Shown: in pieces, positions 8,609-24,038 of the stretch
How the letters are laid out: each line of letters starts with the position of its first letter
How positions within the stretch are numbered: position 1 is the first letter of the stretch
From: Bacillota bacterium
GTDB lineage: Bacteria > Bacillota > Sulfobacillia > UBA3575 > DUQP01
Direction: 5' to 3'
NCBI GenBank assembly: GCA_012837735.1
Contig: DUQP01000042.1
Span: forward strand, 1-63,499
Length of the DNA: 63,499 bases
Made by a program: the position numbers and the translations under genes
The notes under the pieces: generated by a model
The model's input: the letters and a program-made list of their open reading frames with translations, nothing else
The model's database searches: none
Told to the model about the DNA's origin: nothing

Positions 8609-8853
8609 ATGAAACAAGCCACTATTCAACTGGAAACCCTGACGTGTCCATCATGCATGCAAAAAATCGAAAACGCCGTTAAATCCTTGGATGGAGTTAT
8701 CAGGAAAAAGTCAATGTATCTTTTAATTCCAGCAAAGTAAAGTTGCACTTTGACGAAGAAAAACTCTCTATAGAAGAAATTGAACAGGCGATCACGACAA
8801 TGGGCTATGAAGTGAAGAAATCGCAAGTAAGAGCCATTTGTAAAAGGAATTAA
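8609..8853 (+). pseudogene. Frameshifted HMA-domain metallochaperone gene (CopZ-like)
   Basis: MKQATIQLETLTCPSCMQKIENAVKSLDGV carries the CxxC metal site, and the frame stops at 8740. The -1 frame continues EKVNVSFNSSKVKLHFDEEKLSIEEIEQAITTMGYEV to 8853. The switch maps near the A5 run at 8705-8709. Good RBS (AAAGGAGAGAGG). Confidence 0.75.
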
Positions 8854-8856
8854 ACA

Positions 8857-8889
8857 GGGGCCGCCGAAATCGGGCGGCCCCATCTTTTT
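8857..8889. terminator. Rho-independent terminator (plus orientation; also placed to stop gatB from the other side)
   Basis: GGGGCCGCC-gaaatcg-GGCGGCCCC followed by ATCTTTTT. Confidence 0.75.
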
Positions 8890-8890
8890 G

Positions 8891-10330
8891 CTATTGCAAC
8901 TTTTTGCGCAACAATTCGTTCACCAGCTGTGGGTTTGCCTGCCCCCTAGTAGCTTTCATCACCTGACCCACCAGGAAGCCCAAAGCCTTCTCTTTGCCGC
9001 TCCGGAAATCCTCCGCCACCTGCGGGTGGGCAGCCAGCACTTCGGCAATGATGCCCTCCAGCTGCGAGCTGTCTGAGATCTGCCGCAGGCCCTGCTCCGC
9101 GACAATCGTTTGCGGGTCTTTGCCTGTCTGGCAGACCTGCACGAACACCTGCTTGGCGATCTTGCCGCTGATGGTGCCATCAGCGATCAGTTGCAGCAAC
9201 TCACCCAGCTGTTTGGGCGCTACCGGTGAAGCGGTGATGTCCAGGCCCTCTTGATTCAGATAACCCAACAGCTCACCCATCACCCAGTTACTGACCGTCT
9301 TGGCATCATCATATACCGCCAGGCACTCTTCGAAGAAAGCGGCCAATTCCTGCGAAGCTGTCAGCACCTCGGCATCGTAGGGCGGCAGCCCCAAATCCTG
9401 CATAAAGCGCTTCCGCTTTGCTTCCGGCAGTTCCGGCAGATCTTGCCGGATGGTTTCCACCCAGGCCTGATCCACTGCCACCGGCACCAGGTCCGGTTCC
9501 GGGAAGTAGCGGTAGTCGTGGGCCTTTTCCTTGCTGCGCATTGACCGGGTTACCCCGGCGCTGTCATCCCAACTGCGGGTCTCCCGCTTCACCTGACACC
9601 CGCTGTCCAGAAGCGCCGCTTGCCGCTCCACCTCGTATTCCAGCGCCCTTTGCACGGCCCGGAATGAATTGAGGTTCTTCACTTCCACCAGTGTGCCATA
9701 CTGATCCGTGGTGACCGGATTGAGCGAGATATTGCAATCACAGCGTAGAGAACCCTCTTCCATCTTGACATCGGACACCCCTGTGTAACGCAAAATATTG
9801 CGCAGCTCAGTTAGATACTGGCGCGCCTCCTCCGGCGAACGCAAATCGGGCTCAGAAACGATCTCAATTAAAGGCACCCCAGCCCGGTTATAGTCCACCA
9901 GGGAAGAAAAGGCGTCGGTGCCCTCATGCAACAACTTGCCGGCATCCTCCTCCAGATGCAAGCGCGTGATGCCGATCCGCTTCGGCTGGCCATCCTCGCC
10001 GGTGATGTTAATCCAGCCCCCATGGGCAATGGGTAGATCGAACTGGGAAACTTGATAACCCTTCGGTAGATCCGGGTAAAAGTAATTTTTGCGGTCGAAC
10101 TTGCTGAAAGAGGCGATGTTACAATTCAGGGCCAAACCGGCTTTAATAGCATATTCCAGCGCCTTTTTGTTCAGAACCGGTAATGTGCCGGGCATCCCCA
10201 TGCAGATCGGACAGACCTGGGTGTTAGGCTCTGCGCCGAACCGATTCGCGCAGGAACAAAAGATCTTCGTGTTGGTGCGCAGCTCAACATGTACCTCCAG
10301 GCCAATCACGATGCGATATCCGTTTGCCAT
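8891..10330 (-). CDS. gatB: Asp-tRNA(Asn)/Glu-tRNA(Gln) amidotransferase subunit B
   Basis: [20 protein letters not shown]..., a C-terminal YqeY-like tail, and gatCAB synteny. Start moved to the ATG with GGAGG 8 nt upstream. Confidence 0.95.
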   Translation of the reverse strand: MANGYRIVIGLEVHVELRTNTKIFCSCANRFGAEPNTQVCPICMGMPGTLPVLNKKALEYAIKAGLALNCNIASFSKFDRKNYFYPDLPKGYQVSQFDLPIAHGGWINITGEDGQPKRIGITRLHLEEDAGKLLHEGTDAFSSLVDYNRAGVPLIEIVSEPDLRSPEEARQYLTELRNILRYTGVSDVKMEEGSLRCDCNISLNPVTTDQYGTLVEVKNLNSFRAVQRALEYEVERQAALLDSGCQVKRETRSWDDSAGVTRSMRSKEKAHDYRYFPEPDLVPVAVDQAWVETIRQDLPELPEAKRKRFMQDLGLPPYDAEVLTASQELAAFFEECLAVYDDAKTVSNWVMGELLGYLNQEGLDITASPVAPKQLGELLQLIADGTISGKIAKQVFVQVCQTGKDPQTIVAEQGLRQISDSSQLEGIIAEVLAAHPQVAEDFRSGKEKALGFLVGQVMKATRGQANPQLVNELLRKKLQ

Positions 10331-10335
10331 GCCCA

Positions 10336-11808
10336 TCACCTCCCCGTCCCGTCCAGCTGCGGACGCCGCTGGTGGAAATCAGTGTTCTGCTCAAACGCGT
10401 ATGCCGCTTGCAACAGGCGCCCATCATCAAACTGCCGGCCAATCAACTGCAGCCCGATGGGCAGTCCATCTTTGAATCCGCAGGGAATGGAAATCCCCGG
10501 TAGACCGGCCAGGTTGACCGGCAGAGTGCAGACATCCGTCATATACATGGCCAGCAGATCCTCGGTCCGCTCGCCGATTTTGAAAGCCGTAGTCGGCGAA
10601 GTCGGCGCCACCAGCACATCATACTTCTGGAACGCCTGCTCGAAATCGCGCCGGATCAATGTACGCACCTTCTGCGCTTTCAGGTAATAAGCCTCATAGT
10701 AGCCGGAACCCAAGGCGTACGTACCAAGCATGATGCGCCGCTTGACCTCCGGCCCGAACCCATTTTTACGCGTGTGCAAATACATCTCCAGCAAATCCGC
10801 CCGGACCTCGTCCCGGCGCCCATAACACACGCCGTCATAGCGGGCTAAATTAGAAGAAGCTTCCGCTGTGGCGATGATGTAGTAAGCAGATAACCCATAC
10901 TCTGTGTGCGGCAGGGAACATTCCTCGGCCACCGCCCCCAACTCACAAAGCTTGTCCACCGCTGCCCGCACGGCATCCGCCACCGCCGGATCCGTGCCGG
11001 CGGCAAAATATTCTTTCGGAACACCTAAACGCAGACCCTTCACATTGCCCGTCAAAAAGGAGGTAAAATCCGGGGGTGCGATATCAGCGCTGGTGGAATC
11101 CAGCGGGTCCCGTCCGCAAATGGCATTCATCACCAGCGCGCAATCCTGCACATTGCGCGTCACGGGGCCGATCTGGTCCAGCGAACTGGCGAATGCCACT
11201 ACCCCAAACCGGGACACAAACCCGTAAGTGGGCTTCATGCCCACCACCCCACACAGAGCGGCCGGCTGGCGCACGGAACCGCCTGTATCAGAACCGAGCG
11301 CATAGACCGCTTCGCCGGCGGCCACCGCGGCAGCCGACCCGCCGCTGGACCCGCCCGGCACGCGCTGCAAATCCCACGGGTTATGCGTGGGGAAGAAAGC
11401 CGAGTTCTCGCAGGAAGAACCCATGGCGAACTCGTCCATATTCGTCTTGCCAAGAATCACGGCACCACGCGCCCGCAGCCGTTCCACCACCGTGGCATCA
11501 TAAGGCGGTTGAAATGACTCCAAAAATCGCGACGCGCAGGTCGTGCGCAGCCCCTTCGTACAGATATTGTCCTTCAGCGCCACCGGCACCCCGGCCAGCG
11601 GATCGATTTCTTCTCCGTGGGCGACCTGCTCATCGATGCGCCGGGCCTGCTGCAAGGCGGCCTCTTTGTTCAAGGTCAGGTAAGCACGCACCTTGCCCTC
11701 CACCTGCTCGATGCGGTCGAAGACATCCTCCACAACCTCAGTCGCTTGCACGGCACCGCTGGCAATCAATTTGTTCAAATTGTTGATCGGCATATCATAT
11801 AATCCCAT
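10336..11808 (-). CDS. gatA: Glu-tRNA(Gln)/Asp-tRNA(Asn) amidotransferase subunit A (amidase signature)
   Basis: Amidase signature [14 protein letters not shown] and the KDNICT motif. Start at MGLYDM, which has a GGAGGAG RBS directly after the gatC stop. Confidence 0.95.
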   Translation of the reverse strand: MGLYDMPINNLNKLIASGAVQATEVVEDVFDRIEQVEGKVRAYLTLNKEAALQQARRIDEQVAHGEEIDPLAGVPVALKDNICTKGLRTTCASRFLESFQPPYDATVVERLRARGAVILGKTNMDEFAMGSSCENSAFFPTHNPWDLQRVPGGSSGGSAAAVAAGEAVYALGSDTGGSVRQPAALCGVVGMKPTYGFVSRFGVVAFASSLDQIGPVTRNVQDCALVMNAICGRDPLDSTSADIAPPDFTSFLTGNVKGLRLGVPKEYFAAGTDPAVADAVRAAVDKLCELGAVAEECSLPHTEYGLSAYYIIATAEASSNLARYDGVCYGRRDEVRADLLEMYLHTRKNGFGPEVKRRIMLGTYALGSGYYEAYYLKAQKVRTLIRRDFEQAFQKYDVLVAPTSPTTAFKIGERTEDLLAMYMTDVCTLPVNLAGLPGISIPCGFKDGLPIGLQLIGRQFDDGRLLQAAYAFEQNTDFHQRRPQLDGTGR

Positions 11809-11812
11809 GTCC

Positions 11813-12103
11813 TCACTCCTCCACCACGCGTGGCACCTTGACGCAGCCATTCTCCTGATCCGGGGCGTTCGCCAACGCTTCTGCCCGGCTCAACCAGGTG
11901 CGTGTCTGATCCGCCCGAAAGACGTTCTTCATGTCAATCGCATGATAGGTAGGTGGGACACCTTCCGTATCCAGTCTGCTCAGCCGGTCCATGTGCGTCA
12001 GGATGTCATTCAGCTGGCGGGTGAACCCGACTTTTTCTTCCTCATCAAGAGCAAGCCGCGCCAAATGCGCCACATACTCTACCTCTGTTACTGCAATCTT
12101 CAC
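11813..12103 (-). CDS. gatC: Amidotransferase subunit C
   Basis: About 96 aa. [40 protein letters not shown] is typical GatC. GTG start after GAGGGGGG. The ORF-track upstream extension contains the promoter. Confidence 0.9.
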   Translation of the reverse strand: MKIAVTEVEYVAHLARLALDEEEKVGFTRQLNDILTHMDRLSRLDTEGVPPTYHAIDMKNVFRADQTRTWLSRAEALANAPDQENGCVKVPRVVEE

Positions 12104-12136
12104 CACTGTCCCCCCTCGCCAGTAGACATTCGGCAT

Positions 12137-12166
12137 ATTATACCACGTCGCTCGTTTGACCTGCAA
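12137..12166 (-). promoter_or_regulatory. Candidate sigma-A promoter for gatCAB (TTGCAG-18-TGGTATAAT)
   Basis: Extended -10 TGGTATAAT read on the minus strand between the ligA stop and the gatC RBS. Confidence 0.45.
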
Positions 12167-12173
12167 GAAACCC

Positions 12174-16326
<4,153 letters not shown>

Positions 16327-16359
16327 AATTACTCTCTCCCTTTTCCAAACCAGGCATCG

Positions 16360-17568
16360 TTAATTGATTCTACCCGCAGACCAAAAGGCCTGCTCCGTCA
16401 TGGCCGGGGCCGAACGCAACAACTCCCGGGGCATGTTGCGCAGCACCCAGGAGCAGAATTGGCGATATGTGAGGTCCCCGCAGATTACCGTCAGCATCTG
16501 CTCCACGATGCGCAGCTTGCGCACCAAATGATAATGCATCACCGCCGTGGCGTTATAAAGCAGGGTGGCCAGCAGACTGGCAGCCCGGAATTCCGCTATG
16601 ATTTCGCTGGCCACCGCCCGTTCATAGTCCCGAAAACCCTCCAGGCGCCCGGTGGTCAGCCCGGCGCTGACCGCTTGCGCGGCCAATTCGCCGCTGCGCA
16701 AGGCGTAGTAGATGCCTTCTCCCACCAGCGGATCGACAATCCCACCGGCATCCCCGACCAACAGTGCCCGCTTCCCTTGAATCGGTGGCCGGTAGAGCGG
16801 GATGGGATGACCACGTAAGGGCAAGTCCAGGTTTAAACCGGGAAAGCGCTCCTGGCAATGCCTTGTCAGGAGCGCTTTTAACGGCACCCGGCAGTGGCGG
16901 AATGTCCCGAGGCCAACATTCAGGTGATCCCGCTTCGGGAATATCCAACCATAGCCGAAAGGAATGATGCCGTAATCAATCAGGGCCGTGGTCTGCAAAC
17001 CGGTCAACCTATCCCACGCGTGCCCGCTTAGACTCTCGTAAGGGAGCAAGGCCTCGGCCCCCATCCCCATCTGCCCCAGGCGGCCTAGGCCCATGGCGCG
17101 CCGCACAGCACTGTTGGCTCCGTCTGCCCCCACAACTACCTGCGCTTGATAAGAATCCCCTTGCGCGCAGGTAACGGATGCCCTATCTGCCTCCAGGCGC
17201 ACCGACCGCACCGGACAACCGGTACGCACAGCCGCCCCGGCTTGTTCTGCCTGTTGCAGCAAATATTGATCACACTTGTCACGGCACACATTCAAGGCAT
17301 ATGGCTGCCGGTGGCGGAGGACGGCCGGATGGCGGTAGCGGTAGAAAAAAGCGATCTCAACCATGCTGCCCTCCACCACTGGTGTGATGTCGATGCCCCA
17401 GGACTGCAACAGCCGCACCGCTTTTTGTGAGACAGCCCCCGCACACACCTTGCGGCGCGGCACGGGGCGGGCTTCCAGCACCAGCACCCGCACACCAACG
17501 CTCGCTAAATGCCAGGCGGCCGCCGCCCCGGCGGGGCCACCGCCCACCACCAGCACATCATACTGCAC
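16360..17568 (-). CDS. FAD-dependent oxidoreductase of the geranylgeranyl reductase family
   Basis: YDVLVVGGGPAGAAAAWHLA dinucleotide fold, LVGDAGG motif and about 400 aa, typical of the GGR/ChlP-like family. GTG start. Confidence 0.7.
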   Translation of the reverse strand: MQYDVLVVGGGPAGAAAAWHLASVGVRVLVLEARPVPRRKVCAGAVSQKAVRLLQSWGIDITPVVEGSMVEIAFFYRYRHPAVLRHRQPYALNVCRDKCDQYLLQQAEQAGAAVRTGCPVRSVRLEADRASVTCAQGDSYQAQVVVGADGANSAVRRAMGLGRLGQMGMGAEALLPYESLSGHAWDRLTGLQTTALIDYGIIPFGYGWIFPKRDHLNVGLGTFRHCRVPLKALLTRHCQERFPGLNLDLPLRGHPIPLYRPPIQGKRALLVGDAGGIVDPLVGEGIYYALRSGELAAQAVSAGLTTGRLEGFRDYERAVASEIIAEFRAASLLATLLYNATAVMHYHLVRKLRIVEQMLTVICGDLTYRQFCSWVLRNMPRELLRSAPAMTEQAFWSAGRIN

Positions 17569-17586
17569 GGCTACACCCCCAACAAA

Positions 17587-18069
17587 TCAGACCCGCTCCC
17601 GGTCAGACAGCAAGTGGCGGAAAAACGGCCGGGCCTGCAGGAACAACAGCAACGGGTAACCGATGCCGTAACAGGCCACAAGTTGCCCTAACCCGACATA
17701 GCTGGCCACCACCAAAAACGGTTGATTCATCAGCAATGACAGATACCAGCCGACCACGAGCGCATTCACTAACACCGGCGGTAAGGGGGCCAAATAGGGT
17801 CGCGGCATGCGGGCGGTCAAATAACCGGCTACCAGGGTGGCCAGACTGCCGAAGACGATGTCGTGCAAACCGAGACCACCAAAGAAATTGGCCAGCAGGC
17901 AACCGATAAACAAGCCCGGCACAGCCATCCGGGATAGATAAGGCAGGACGGTCAGGGCTTCGGAAATCCGCACTTGCACGATGTGGTAGCTGAAGGGCGC
18001 AAACACCATCGTCACCACCACGTACACAGCCGCGATGGCAGCGATCCGCACCATGTCCCGGGCGGACAA
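17587..18069 (-). CDS. queT: QueT family queuosine-precursor transporter (ECF S-component-like)
   Basis: RDMVRIAAIAAVYVVVTMVFAPFSYHIVQVRISEALTVLPY... is the QueT hallmark (QxRxSE). Start probably TTG 18069, 4 nt after the purD stop; ATG 18054 is an alternative. Confidence 0.8.
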   Translation of the reverse strand: MSARDMVRIAAIAAVYVVVTMVFAPFSYHIVQVRISEALTVLPYLSRMAVPGLFIGCLLANFFGGLGLHDIVFGSLATLVAGYLTARMPRPYLAPLPPVLVNALVVGWYLSLLMNQPFLVVASYVGLGQLVACYGIGYPLLLFLQARPFFRHLLSDRERV

Positions 18070-18073
18070 CCCC

Positions 18074-19354
18074 TTAACCCCCACTCCGCCTGAGAGCACG
18101 GGCGGCGATGTCCCTTCGGTAGTGTACCCCGGGGAAAGAAATCTGCTCCACAGCCTGGTAAACCCTTTGCACAGCCGCCGTGATATTGTCGCCCAGGGCA
18201 GTCACGCCCAGCACCCGGCCGCCGGCGGTGACGATTTTCCCGTTTTCGCAAGCAGTACCGGCATAAAACAACTGCACATCCGCCATTCCGGCCGCCTCAT
18301 CCAAACCGGTGATGGGCAAACCCTGAGGATAATCACCGGGATAACCCGGTGCCGCCAGCACCACACAAACCGCGCTCCGTTCATCCCATTGTAGTTGCAC
18401 CCGGTCCAGCTCTCCCTGCGTGACCGCCCACAATGTCTCCAACAGATCGGAGCGCAGGCGCGGCAGCACGGCCTGGGTTTCCGGATCGCCAAACCGGCAG
18501 TTGAACTCCAGCACGCGCGGCCCGTCCTCCGTCAACATCAACCCGGCATAGAGCACACCCTGGTAAGGACGACCGTCACCGGCCAGACCCTGCAAGATGG
18601 GCCGCAATACCTGTGCCTCCGCCATCGCCGCCAGATCAGTGGTGTAGCAGGGGGCCGGCGAATAAGCGCCCATGCCGCCGGTATTCGGGCCTTGATCACC
18701 GTCAAAGACCCGCTTGTGGTCCTGGGCAGACACCAGGGGCAAGATCGTCTCACCATCCGTCAGGGCCAACAATGACACTTCCTCGCCCTGCAGATACTCC
18801 TCCACCACCACCGCTCTCCCGGCCTGACCGAAGACGCCGCGGGTCATGATCTCCTCCACCGTCTGAATGGCCGTCTCGCGATCCGGCGCCACCACTACCC
18901 CTTTGCCGGCCGCCAACCCATCCGCCTTCACGACCGCCGGTCCGCGGCCTTTTGCCAGATAGTCGCGGGCGTCTGCCGGGTGGTGGAAAACCCGGTAATC
19001 GGCCGTCGGCACTCCGCAGCGCCGCATCAGGTCTTTAGCATAGGCTTTGCTGCCCTCAATGGCCGCCGCCGCAGCAGAGGGGCCAAAGACCGCTAGACCG
19101 TGCTCCCGGAACCGATCCGCCAATCCCAACACCAGCGGCGCCTCCGGTCCCACCACCGTCAGATCGATCCGCTCCCGGCGGGCAAAATCCAACAGCCCGG
19201 CCACATCATCGGCCCTGATCGGCAGGCATTGAGCCCAGCGGCTGATACCGGCATTCCCTGGCGCGCAATATAGCTTGTCCAGCAGGGGGCTTTGGGCGAT
19301 TTTCCAAGCCAGCGCATCCTCCCGTCCCCCGCCCCCGACAACCAACACCCTCAT
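18074..19354 (-). CDS. purD: Phosphoribosylamine-glycine ligase
   Basis: [19 protein letters not shown]-terminus, ATP-grasp core, and its position in the pur operon. Confidence 0.95.
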   Translation of the reverse strand: MRVLVVGGGGREDALAWKIAQSPLLDKLYCAPGNAGISRWAQCLPIRADDVAGLLDFARRERIDLTVVGPEAPLVLGLADRFREHGLAVFGPSAAAAAIEGSKAYAKDLMRRCGVPTADYRVFHHPADARDYLAKGRGPAVVKADGLAAGKGVVVAPDRETAIQTVEEIMTRGVFGQAGRAVVVEEYLQGEEVSLLALTDGETILPLVSAQDHKRVFDGDQGPNTGGMGAYSPAPCYTTDLAAMAEAQVLRPILQGLAGDGRPYQGVLYAGLMLTEDGPRVLEFNCRFGDPETQAVLPRLRSDLLETLWAVTQGELDRVQLQWDERSAVCVVLAAPGYPGDYPQGLPITGLDEAAGMADVQLFYAGTACENGKIVTAGGRVLGVTALGDNITAAVQRVYQAVEQISFPGVHYRRDIAARALRRSGG

Positions 19355-19365
19355 CGCCAGACCTC

Positions 19366-20901
19366 CTAGTGCCGGAAATGGCGGCGCCCGGTGAAGATCA
19401 AAGCCAGGCCGGCCTGATCTGCCGCCCTGATTGTTTCCTCATCCCGGATGGAGCCGCCCGGTTGAATGATCGCCGCCACCCCGGCGGCGGCCGCCGCCTC
19501 CACCACGTCCGGGAACGGGAAAAAGGCATCGGAAGCCAATACCGACCCCCGCGCCGCCTCCCCAGCCTGGCGCAGAGCGTGCCGGGCGGCATCGATCCTG
19601 TTCATCTGCCCCGCCCCCACACCCAGGGTACGGTTGCCTTTGGCCACCACGATGGCGTTCGATTTCACATGCTTCACGACCGTCCAGGCGAATTCCATGT
19701 CCGCCATAGCCTGAGGCGCCGGCGCCACCTGGCTGACCACCTGCCACGCTTCCCTGTCCGGTAAAGCGGTGTCGGCATCCTGTACCAACAGGCCACCGGC
19801 CACCCGCTTTAAGTCGAGCCAGGGTCCATCCACGGCATCCCAGTCCGGGATCTCCAGCAACCGCAGATTGCGCTTGTCGGCCAGCACCTGCCGTGCCCCG
19901 CTGGTGAATCCGGGGGCAATCACGATCTCCAGGAATATCTTGCTCATCTCGCGGGCCGTCTCCTCATCTAACGGCCTATTTACGGCCACCACCCCGCCGA
20001 ATATGGACACCGGATCGGCTTTATAAGCGGAGCGGTAAGCGCTCAAGAGATCCGGTGCCACCGCCACTCCGCAGGGGTTAGTATGTTTGACGGCCACGGC
20101 CGCCGGCGCGCGGAACTCCCGCACCAGGCGCAATGCGGCATCGGCATCGTTGATGTTATTAAATGACAACTCTTTGCCTTGCAGCTGCCGGGCCCTGGCC
20201 AGGGTGGCCGGCGGTGCCGCCTCTTCCCGGTAAAAGGCTGCTTGCTGGTGCGGGTTTTCACCGTACCGCAAATCCTGCACCTTCTTAAACGACAGGCACA
20301 GCTCGGCTGGGAAAACAGCCCCGGCCTGGCCGCCGAGCCAGTTCGTAATCATGGCATCGTAGGCGGCGGTGTGGGCAAACGCCTCGCTGGCCAGCTCCAG
20401 GCGTAATTTCGTCAGATCAGCACCGCTTTGCAAAGCCGCCAGCACTTCTGGATAGCGCCCCGGATTAACCACCACTATAACGTGGGGGTGGTTTTTGGCC
20501 GCTGCCCTGACCATCGTCGGTCCGCCGATATCGATGTTTTCCAGCGCCTCTGCCATCGTCACGTTTGGACGGGCAACAGTGTCCCGGAAAGGATACAGGT
20601 TGACCGCCACCACATCGATGGGCGTAATCGCGTGTTTTTCCAGCTCATCCAGCTGGGCCTGTTCATCGCGTTTGGCCAGGATGCCGCCATGCACCATCGG
20701 GTGCAGTGTCTTCACCCGGCCACCGAGAATCTCCGGGAAGCCGGTCACGGCTGAAACCTCCTGCACCGGCAAACCGGCCGCTTGCAGCACCCTCGCCGTG
20801 CCACCGGTGGAGATGATTTCGAAACCCAACCCAGACAATCCGCGCGCAAACTCAACTGCCCCGCTTTTATCGGACACACTGATCAAGGCTCTTTTTGCCA
20901 T
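19366..20901 (-). CDS. purH: Bifunctional AICAR formyltransferase / IMP cyclohydrolase
   Basis: KRALISVSDKSG...STGGTA MGS-like N-terminus and the C-terminal ...IFTGRRHFRH. Confidence 0.95.
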   Translation of the reverse strand: MAKRALISVSDKSGAVEFARGLSGLGFEIISTGGTARVLQAAGLPVQEVSAVTGFPEILGGRVKTLHPMVHGGILAKRDEQAQLDELEKHAITPIDVVAVNLYPFRDTVARPNVTMAEALENIDIGGPTMVRAAAKNHPHVIVVVNPGRYPEVLAALQSGADLTKLRLELASEAFAHTAAYDAMITNWLGGQAGAVFPAELCLSFKKVQDLRYGENPHQQAAFYREEAAPPATLARARQLQGKELSFNNINDADAALRLVREFRAPAAVAVKHTNPCGVAVAPDLLSAYRSAYKADPVSIFGGVVAVNRPLDEETAREMSKIFLEIVIAPGFTSGARQVLADKRNLRLLEIPDWDAVDGPWLDLKRVAGGLLVQDADTALPDREAWQVVSQVAPAPQAMADMEFAWTVVKHVKSNAIVVAKGNRTLGVGAGQMNRIDAARHALRQAGEAARGSVLASDAFFPFPDVVEAAAAAGVAAIIQPGGSIRDEETIRAADQAGLALIFTGRRHFRH

Positions 20902-20918
20902 TCCGGCACCCCCAGATA

Positions 20919-21527
20919 TTACTGCTTTTCGGGCAGGATCCTGACCTTTCTCCCTTCCAGCCGCAGCCGCCCCTCGGCAAACAGTCTCACCGCCGCCGGC
21001 AAGAGCTGGTGTTCTTCGGCCAGAATGCGCGCTGCCAGATCCGCTTCCGTATCATTTTCTTTAACCGGCACCGCCTTTTGCAAGATGATCGGTCCGGTAT
21101 CCATTCCCTCATCGACGAAGTGGACTGTGCAGCCGGCCACCTTCACGCCGTAATCGAGCGCCTGTTGCTGCGCCCGCAGCCCGCGGAAAGCCGGCAGCAA
21201 AGACGGGTGGATGTTCATCACTGGACAGGGCAGACGGGACAAAAAGCGTTTCCCCAGCAGCCGCATAAAACCGGCCAATACCACCAAATCCACCCCGGCG
21301 GCAAACAATGCCGCCACCAGGCGGTCCTCAAACGCTGCGCGCTCGCCCTCCAGTGCAATCACCACCGCCTGAGCGCCATGCCGGCGGGCCCGTTCCAGGG
21401 CCTGGGCATGGGGGTTATCGCTGATTACGATCGACAACCGGGCGGCTAGACTGCCCGCCTCGATGGCATCGATCAAAGCCTGCAGGTTGCTCCCCCGACC
21501 GGAGGCCAACACTCCCAAGCGCAGCAT
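20919..21527 (-). CDS. purN: Phosphoribosylglycinamide formyltransferase
   Basis: MLRLGVLASGRGSNLQALIDAI, NIHPSLLPAF. ATG lies 1 nt after the purM stop (TAAAATG). Confidence 0.95.
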   Translation of the reverse strand: MLRLGVLASGRGSNLQALIDAIEAGSLAARLSIVISDNPHAQALERARRHGAQAVVIALEGERAAFEDRLVAALFAAGVDLVVLAGFMRLLGKRFLSRLPCPVMNIHPSLLPAFRGLRAQQQALDYGVKVAGCTVHFVDEGMDTGPIILQKAVPVKENDTEADLAARILAEEHQLLPAAVRLFAEGRLRLEGRKVRILPEKQ

Positions 21528-21528
21528 T

Positions 21529-22593
21529 TTACTCCCCCTCCAGGTAACACTGGGCCGGCTGGCCCTCTGGCCCGGACTTGACAGCACCGATCACATAGGC
21601 CTGTTCCCCCAGTTCAGTGCACACCGTCAGGACATCGTCCACCTGCGCTTGAGCGACTACTACCACGAGCCCAATCCCCATATTAAATGTGGCAAACATC
21701 TCGGCCCGGGCCACCTGCCCGTATTCGGCCACTAACCGGCAGATCGCCGGCTCCGGCCAGCTGCCTGTCACGATGTGGGCGGCAAGCCCGTCCGGCAGGG
21801 CGCGCGGCACATTCCCGACCAAACCGCCGCCAGTGATGTGGGCGGCTGCCTTGATCAACCCCTGGCGAACCAGGGCCCGCAAGACCGGCACATAAATGCG
21901 GGTCGGCTCCAACAGCTCCTCCCCCAGGGGCCTGTCCAGCCCTTGCGGAACGGACCGCACATCCAGCCCGGCATCCTCCAGCAATACCCGTCGCACCAAA
22001 GAAAAGCCGTTGCTGTGTAACCCGCTCGCTTGCAACCCCACCAGCACATCACCGGCCTTCACATCACTGCCGTCCAAAATGGCGTCCCGTTCCACGATCC
22101 CGACACAAAAACCCGCCACATCATACTCACCGGGCGGGTAAAAGCCGGGCATCTCAGCTGTCTCGCCCCCTAGCAGGGCACAACCAGCCAGGCGGCAGCC
22201 AGCCGCCACACCGGCCACAATCTCCTCTACCTGGGCCGGTTGCAAGCGGCCAACCGCCAGGTAGTCCAGAAAAAACAGCGGTTCCGCCCCACAAACTGCC
22301 ACATCGTTGACGCACATCGCCACCGCGTCAATCCCGATCGTATCATGCCGGTCGGCCAGGAAAGCCACCTTCAGCTTTGTCCCAACCCCGTCCGTGCTGG
22401 CCACCAACACCGGTTCCCGGTAAGCCCCCTGATCCAGGGCGAACAACCCGCTGAATCCTCCGATCCCGCCAATCACACCCGGCCGCGCTGTCGAACGCAC
22501 CAAACCGCCGATGCGCCGCACAACTTCCTCCCCGGCTGCAATATCTACCCCCGCGTCGCGGTAACTGACTCCCATCCCGTTTCCCCCATTCAT
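21529..22593 (-). CDS. purM: Phosphoribosylformylglycinamidine cyclo-ligase (AIR synthase)
   Basis: [13 protein letters not shown]..., GTDGVGTKL-like block ([10 protein letters not shown]). ATGA overlap with the purF stop. Confidence 0.95.
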   Translation of the reverse strand: MNGGNGMGVSYRDAGVDIAAGEEVVRRIGGLVRSTARPGVIGGIGGFSGLFALDQGAYREPVLVASTDGVGTKLKVAFLADRHDTIGIDAVAMCVNDVAVCGAEPLFFLDYLAVGRLQPAQVEEIVAGVAAGCRLAGCALLGGETAEMPGFYPPGEYDVAGFCVGIVERDAILDGSDVKAGDVLVGLQASGLHSNGFSLVRRVLLEDAGLDVRSVPQGLDRPLGEELLEPTRIYVPVLRALVRQGLIKAAAHITGGGLVGNVPRALPDGLAAHIVTGSWPEPAICRLVAEYGQVARAEMFATFNMGIGLVVVVAQAQVDDVLTVCTELGEQAYVIGAVKSGPEGQPAQCYLEGE

Positions 22594-24017
22594 CCTTCAA
22601 GGGCAAACTTGCCCGTATTGCCATGCACATCCACCACATACTCGCCGGAAAAGCACGCCAAACAGTGTTGACCCTCTGACCGGCCGGTGGCCCGCAGCAA
22701 CCCGGCCGCAGAAAGAAAGGCCAAACTGTCCGCTCCCACCTGCCGGCAGATCTCCGCCACCGACATTCGGGCAGCGATCAATTCGCCGTTCGTGGAGGTA
22801 TCGATTCCGTAATAACAGGCGAACCGGTAGGGGGGAGAACTGATCCTGAGATGCACTTCCCGCGCCCCCACATCGCGCAACAGCTTTACGATGTGCCCGG
22901 AGGTGGTACCGCGCACCAGCGAGTCGTCCACCAGCACAACCCGCTTGCCCTGCAAAACCTTGCGCAAAGCATTCAACTTCAAGCGCACGCCCGCTTGCCG
23001 CACCTTCTGGCTGGGCTGGATAAATGTGCGGCCGATGTAGCGGTTTTTGATCAAACCCATTTCATAAGGGATGCGCGCCTGTTCCGCAAAGCCGGTAGCA
23101 GCGGAAATACTGGAATCCGGCACACCGATCACGATGTCGGCTGCCACCGGCGCCTCCCGTGCCAGCTGTCGGCCCAGTTCCTTGCGCACGGCATGTACAT
23201 TCAAACCGTCCAGGTTGCTGTCCGGGCGGGCGAAATAAATGTATTCGAATACGCACAGGGCGCGGCGTTTGGCCGGCACCGCCTGCACGGCCCGCAGCCC
23301 GTTGGCGTCGATCACCACCAGCTCGCCTGGATTCACTTCCCGCACCATCTCGGCGCCAATCGTATCGAAGGCGCAACTCTCCGACGACAGGACCCAGGCA
23401 TCTCCCAACCGGCCGATTGCCAGGGGCCTGATCCCGTTCGAGTCACGTAACCCCATCAGACTGTTCTCGGTCATGATGCCAAAGGCATAACCTCCCTGGA
23501 TCACCTGCATGCCGCGCATGACCGCCTCTTCCAACCCGTTCTTGCCCAGGCGCGCAATTAAATGCGCCAACACCTCAGTGTCCAGGGTGGTCTGGAAAAT
23601 GGAACCGTTTTCCTCCAGTTCCTCCCGGATCTGACCAGCGTTGACCAGATTGCCGTTGTGGCAGAGCGCCACCGCCCCACGCCGGTACCTGATCACGAGC
23701 GGCTGGGCATTGGCCACCACACTGGAGCCGGTAGTGGAGTAACGGACATGACCTAAAGCGGCCGTCCCCGTCAGCTGCTCCAGGGCGCCATGGTCGAATA
23801 CTTCCGAAACCAGCCCCATATCCTTGTGCACAACCATGCCCCGCTCCGTCACACAAGCGATCCCGGCACTCTCCTGCCCCCGGTGCTGCAGGGCGTAAAG
23901 GCCGTAATATGTTAGGCGGGCCGCCTCGGGGTGGTTAAAGATGCCGAAAACTCCGCATGCTTCGCGTGGCTTGTCGTCAGGCTGCAATGTTACTTCATCT
24001 TCTGGATAGGAACGCAT
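22590..24017 (-). CDS. purF: Amidophosphoribosyltransferase
   Basis: Ntn active site EACGVFGI, PRTase loop [14 protein letters not shown]-terminal Fe-S cysteines. Confidence 0.95.
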   Translation of the reverse strand: MRSYPEDEVTLQPDDKPREACGVFGIFNHPEAARLTYYGLYALQHRGQESAGIACVTERGMVVHKDMGLVSEVFDHGALEQLTGTAALGHVRYSTTGSSVVANAQPLVIRYRRGAVALCHNGNLVNAGQIREELEENGSIFQTTLDTEVLAHLIARLGKNGLEEAVMRGMQVIQGGYAFGIMTENSLMGLRDSNGIRPLAIGRLGDAWVLSSESCAFDTIGAEMVREVNPGELVVIDANGLRAVQAVPAKRRALCVFEYIYFARPDSNLDGLNVHAVRKELGRQLAREAPVAADIVIGVPDSSISAATGFAEQARIPYEMGLIKNRYIGRTFIQPSQKVRQAGVRLKLNALRKVLQGKRVVLVDDSLVRGTTSGHIVKLLRDVGAREVHLRISSPPYRFACYYGIDTSTNGELIAARMSVAEICRQVGADSLAFLSAAGLLRATGRSEGQHCLACFSGEYVVDVHGNTGKFALEG

Positions 24018-24038
24018 CGCGCACCCCTCACAATTAAT

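Noticed and set aside
8216-8629. 137-aa minus-strand ORF in the low-GC relic
   Set aside because: It lies opposite the recognisable ATPase tail, has no motifs and spans the junction of two unrelated fragments.
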